This document shows, piece by piece, positions 58,484 to 64,000 of a DNA stretch of 64,000 nucleotides. Numbering within the stretch: position 1 is the first letter of the stretch; each line of letters starts with the position of its first letter. This stretch comes from Heteronotia binoei. Its lineage: Eukaryota. The stretch lies in NCBI RefSeq assembly GCF_032191835.1, contig NC_083235.1, forward strand, positions 19,220,001 through 19,284,000. The letters run 5' to 3'. The position numbers and the translations under genes are program-made. The notes under the pieces were generated by a model that worked only from the letters and a program-made list of their open reading frames with translations, did not search any database and was not told the origin of the DNA.

Positions 58484-60282
58484 GGACTACCTAGTCTTCA
58501 TTTGGTCCGAGATGTGACAACCAAATTGCTGTCAGGTGTTGGATGCATAGTTCCTGTCACTGGTGGTGCTGAAATATCTGCCTTGTCCAGCCTTTGCTGA
58601 TGCAGTTTAGAATGCTGCTGCTTGTTTCGAAAGCCCTAAAGAGCTTGAGGCCAGGGTCCCCGAAGGACTGCTGCCTTCTCCCTATTGCCCTGCCTCACCA
58701 AGGTCATCATTACAAGCCCTGCAGAAGTGAGGCAAGTGGAAACTAGGGACAGGGCTTTCTCAGTTGAGGCCCCCCAATTGTTGAATGCCTTCTCCCCTTC
58801 ACGGTTTGTCTGGTGGTTACCTTGCTGGTTTTTAGGTGCCAAGTGAAAATGTTTTTCTGTACTTAGGCATCCAGATAACTTAGAACATAAGTTAAAAGTG
58901 ATTGTGTTGGTCTTTTTGGGCAACTCTCTATTTATACAAAATAGTATAACTCTATATTTATACAAAATACAAAAAATTAACTTGGTGTTAGTTTAAATCC
59001 CCTCTCTGTTGCCTTTCTGTTCATATTTGTTTATACTGCTGATTTTACTGGTTTTTCCTCGGACAGCTGACAGTCGTGTTGTTGGAATGTTACTGGTTTT
59101 CACTGTTTTAAATTAGTGTGTATATTGTTTTGTTGTCAGTTACCTCAGGCAAGATTCTTCAGAGGTAGGTTAAAAATTCTAGCTGAAGAAGCGCTTGTCA
59201 GATGTGCTGTGCAGGTAAAGTCATCTGTTTAAGTGTCCCCCTTTCCGTACCTTGTATACTGCTTTCCTTTCCACACTTGTGGACTGACCTGGCTGAATGG
59301 TTAAGGCGGGGGTGGCCAGACTTGCCTAACATAAGAGCCACATAGAATAAATGTCAGATGTTTGAGAACCGCAAGAGATGAACATCAGATGTTTGGGAGC
59401 TGCAAAACAGGAAGGAAGGAATGGTGGTAAGAAAGGTGGAAAGAAAGCAGCTTTAAATGCATTCTCCAAGCTGCTGGATGGCTTGGCTTAGAGAATTGAT
59501 TTAAAGAGACAAATGCCTTCTCCAAGCTGGCTGACAGGGTGGTGGTTGCTTTGAGAGCCACATAATATGTGTGAAAGAGTCACATTGTGGCCCCAAATCC
59601 ACAGTTTGGCCACCCCTGGGTTAAGGCCTTAAATCTGTGCAGGGTTCCTTGTTTCTTAATGTATTGTGCTTGGCTTAAAATCAGAGATGATAGCTGGTCA
59701 TCGTTCGTATTTATTGTCCAGTTTGTCCAAGGTGACAACCCAACAGCATTAAATGTTGTGGAAATCCATGGAACAGGAAGGTGTGTATCTTGTTCTCAAG
59801 TAATAGCATAAGCCTGTGCCATGAAAACAGATCATGCAGAGCAGGCAGGGTTCTCTGCCTTACTTCAGCGTGGCTTGAACAGTGCAGCCTCACTTAATGC
59901 TTGATGGTAATCCATTCCTATGAGGCTCTTCTTTCTTGCTGCATTCAGTTTTTTTGATGGGACTGATTAAAAGGTAATGAGAGTTTTCAGGGTTTGTGGG
60001 AAAAGCTGGGGCATCTACAGTGGCCCCTAGAGGGATAGCTGGCCTTGCATATTAACTATCAGTACCCAATTTTGACTCTTCCAGTCCAACCGGCTCTTCA
60101 GCCTAGCTCTGGTATTCCAGCCTCCCAGAAGTTCTTATCCGTCAGATTGCACTTGGCATTTTAGCATACCAGTTGCTTGCAAGGTTAAAAGGGTTCTGGG
60201 TGGGGAAGAGCTTGACGCTTAACATGCTTCAGGGACACCAGGTGTTGGGGAGGGGCGCAAATAGGGAGGCAAGCGGTGTTTC

Positions 60283-60480
60283 CTTTAAGCTGAGATAGTG
60301 TGAGCTAGCTCACAGTTTTTTTAGCCTCTGGCTCACACATTTTTGTCTTAGCTCAGGAAGGATGACCCCAGAGCAAACTAATTTAAGCGATAGCCAAATT
60401 GCTTGCTCACAACTTTAATGCTAGAGCTCACGAAGTTCAGTTTTTGCTCACGAGACTCCACCGCTTACAGGGAGTATTGG
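60283..60480. mobile_element. CAGTGTTCCCTCTAAGCTG-family MITE
   Basis: Matches 21058, 30700, 32426 and 37914. Confidence 0.75.
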
Positions 60481-61342
60481 GAGGCAAGTTTTCCCTTAAG
60501 CTGTGAAATAAGACTGAAGTAGGTGAATGTGCAGCCTTATTGTGAGGGGGAGGTTACAGGTTCAGCATTTCTTCTGGAGTTTCAAAAACAGGCTTTGAGA
60601 CAAAGCTTCTAGTTGGCGTTATGAAAAAAAAAATCCTCCCAAGGTATTGCATTTTCCATTTTGGTTTTTCCTATCTGGCTCAGGCATTTATAAGACTGCA
60701 CTGTGTCTGAAAGACACTGCCATCCGGCCTTTTTCTTCCTTCGTAGGCTTTTCTTTGTGACTGATCTCATTGGGTAAAGGGAAATGCAAATTCTTCATCC
60801 TGTTGCCAAAATCCCCAGGATCAATAACCTTCAATGAAGATCTAAAATTATCTTTCTGTGAGGCTGGGCTCTTTCAATGGATTGGCTGTGGCCGGGGACT
60901 GTAGAAAACCAAAGATGCGTGCTTGCCTCTTTGGTGTAACTCTCCTCAGAACAGTGCAAGGCAAAGGGCACATTTCCTCTTTCGACACTCAACAATATTC
61001 ATAAGGTTATTTTCTGTTTTAATTTTTATGTATTGTACTTTGTTGAAAGACCTCTTCTAGAGACCCTGGAGGACCGACCACTGCCAGTTTGAGGAGGCAA
61101 TACTGATTTTGATGAACAAAAGACCTGTTACAGTATAAGGCAGCTTATGTGTCCAGGTGCATATGTGCATTTCCTGAACACATATGCATGAAAGTTGGCT
61201 GCAATAAAACATTTTTGGAACTAAATTTTAATGTTATTTAAGGATTTAATTCGGAATGTTTTCTTAGGCAGCCTATATGGGATTATATAGAGATATATCT
61301 GTTTAGGGACGAGATATGGTTATAAAATAAAGATTGCACGTA

Positions 61343-61645
61343 GCGGTGTTGGCCTAGTGGTAAAGCTGCAGTATCGCAGTCTTAAGCTCTGCTCACGACT
61401 TGAGTTCGATCCCGGCAGAAGCTGGGTTCAGGTAGCCAGCTCAAGGTTGACTCAGCCTTGCATCCTTCTGAGGTCAGTGCAATGAGTACCCAGCCTGCTG
61501 GTGGGGGGGGGGGGGCAAAGTGCAGATGACTGGGGAAGGCAATGGCAAACCACCTCATAAAACAAGTCGTGAAAACATCGTGAAAGAAACGTCACTCCAG
61601 AGTCAGAAACGACTGGTGCTTGCACAGGGGACTACTTTTACCTTT
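61343..61645 (+). mobile_element. Sauria SINE
   Basis: Typical body and tail. Confidence 0.8.
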
Positions 61646-64000
61646 TTAAAAGTAGTAATGGTGTGGCAGTTCGGCTCTGATTCAAAGGTAACACAAAATG
61701 ATGGGCTATCATTCACATTCTCTGGATCTTTTAATCAAACTGGCGGCTAAGATGTTCGGGGGTGGGGGAGGATATTTTTCAGGGTGTGATGGGGAAGCCC
61801 TTGATTGGGTTTTGTTGTTCTGGTTGTAAAATAGCTTCAGGAGGCACTGAAAATTACCAGGATAGAGAAGCACATCAATACAGTGGTCACTCTAACTTTG
61901 ATAATGTAATATCCAGTTTTGGCTACTGGAGGGCGATGTTGGTCCTCCAACCATTGGGTAATACATAATTTGAGTTCTGTTGACTCATAATGCCTTAACC
62001 TAAAATTCACATAGAGGCGAGGCATCTTCCTTTAGCTCTGCTCGTGTGTTTGCAGGATTAGTGCTGGTGAAGATGTTTGATTAAACGTTGGCTTTTATAT
62101 TTTCCAAGGAAGAATGGGGACTACATTTTTTTTGGGGGGGAGGGGGGCTTCTCTTGTTCTCTTTGCTGCTGTTGCTGCTTCAATCTGTTAGGTTGGAAGT
62201 GACTAATATTGGAGAACTGAACACACTGCAAAACTCTAGGAGGCAGAGAGCATAGAATACCGTACTGTAATTGAAGATGGTTGGGAACTTCAGCTGGTTC
62301 AAAGGATGGAAGCCTGGCACATAATTCCAGCGCTACAAAGCCTTCAGTAGCTGCTGGTCCTTTTTTCCTCAGAGTGTGCTCTGTATTTCAAGGTGGTGGG
62401 ATTGAACTTTAAAGCCTGGGACCGGGACTGAACTATCTGGAGGATAGCACTTCTCCAGGCCCCCTGCATACAAGTCTTTGTGGTAGTCCCCATAGTCAGA
62501 GAAAGGAAATTTGTCTGCAGTGAGAACAAAACGTTTTCCACAGTGGTTTCTCACCAGTAGAACTCATTCCATCTAAGGCAGGGGTTCCCCACCCTTTTTG
62601 AGCTTGCTGGTACCAGTGGAATTTTGACACAAAATGGCTGCCTCAAGAGGCAGAGCCATCCACAAAGTGGCTGCCTCAACTTACCATCAGTCACACAGCC
62701 AGGGGTCATTTTGTAGAAGAAAAGGTACAGGAGCTCAGTAGCATATCTCATTTGCATATGCCCTGGGATCTGTGTGCAGTGAAGAGGTTTATGCAGCGGT
62801 GGCAGCTACTGCCAAAGCAACTTTTTAAAAATCTCCCAAACCAATAAAATATCTAATGGCCAACAGGAAACCTTGCTGTGAAAAGCCCCACTTGGTGCTG
62901 CTCACTTTCTAAAAGCACTTGGAGGGTACCAGGAAAAGCATTGGTGGGTGCCATGGGCATCACATCAGGGACCCAGATCTAAGGCATGTCAGGTCTGTTC
63001 ACTTGGGCATTTCAGGAGAGCTGTAGAACCTTCCCTGTTCTAACAAGCTTTGATTAATTGGAGAAATTGGATCCTAGGCCTTGTGAGGCCTACGGGCTCC
63101 AGGGAAGCCTGTATCAGAGGAGATACAGGGCCTACATTTCCCAGGATCCTTTCTTAGGTGGGCACCAGTTTTGGAGGGAAAACTTGCCCAGTGGAGACCA
63201 GAGTGGGACCTGGAAGGAAGGAAATAAAAGGCCCAGCTATACAGTGAGGGTTGTTCTCTCTTGAGAGGCTGGACTGGAGAGAAGGCTGCAATCGGGAGAG
63301 TTTTCTCATCCAAAGTGTGGTGAGTCAGTTGGAATTAGAGGAAAGGACTGTATAGCCTGCCTCAGTGGGGAGGGCGGGGTATAAATAAAATTTATTATTA
63401 TTTATATAGTTAGTCACTTCCGGGCTTTTTATTTTGCTGTGTACCACCTTTGGTGTTTCCATGTACGCTATTGCACTAAAAGTTACAACCTACTTGTTTG
63501 TTCTTGAGCACCTGCAATAAACTTATTGTTATACTGCCTGGGTCTGCACACCTCTTTGGTCACAGATAAAGGGTGCTTGCTGAGAAGGAAGATGGGTTGG
63601 GTGGGTGCTCTGGGCCCTCCCAGACAGATCCTTACCAGAGTGGCGACGGTCAGTAGATGGCCTTCTCTGGTCCCCTGCTTGTGACAGCGGGGTAATCATT
63701 TTTTTTGCTTCTCTTTTTTATTGTGATTGTTTAACTTTTACATTTTTTATATTTTTATGAATTGAGCCGTGTTATTTGGCTTCTCCCTGCTTTGAGTTTT
63801 TAAAATAATGGAAGACTGGGCTACAGATTTTAAAAGATGTGCTTGTAGCACAAGGTCATCCTAACAGGCTCAGTGGGTGATCCTGGTGGGATGCCAGATG
63901 ATGCTGGTTTTTCCATGAGTTGTCTTCCTAGTCGACATAATCTGATAGGAATGAGTACAACATAGTGATTTGCTTTAGATCAGTTATTTACGTTTATGAT

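Overview
Vertebrate genomic DNA, most likely a gecko or other squamate: it is dense in Sauria-type and Squam-like SINEs, CR1, RTE, Penelope-like fragments and hAT MITEs. Genes reconstructed by hand from splice sites: (1) a complete 6-exon type II C-type lectin on the minus strand (9349-25718, 215 aa, EPN/WND motifs) closely resembling chicken hepatic lectin; (2) exon 1 of a tandem paralogue at 897-939, running off the left edge; (3) FBXL12 (minus, 3 exons, 325 aa), head-to-head with (4) UBL5/Hub1 (plus, 4 coding exons, 73 aa), which has two U12-type minor-spliceosome introns; (5) exon 1 of PIN1, whose intron 1 runs off the right edge. FBXL12-UBL5-PIN1 matches the human chr19p13.2 order. Main non-genic structures: an internally deleted Gmr1-like Gypsy LTR element with a 497-aa ORF in the lectin intron, a bipartite (internally deleted) RTE, a Penelope-like inverted insertion, a solo-LTR-like promoter, an unclassified 69-bp inverted repeat and an unclassified poly(A)-tailed decayed coding insertion. 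I found no clearly novel multi-gene system. The best leads are the Gypsy ORF, the duplicated hepatic-lectin promoters, the UBL5 U12 introns and an orphan coding-like exon near 30.1-30.4 kb. Family and motif names come from my recall of consensus sequences, not from database searches.
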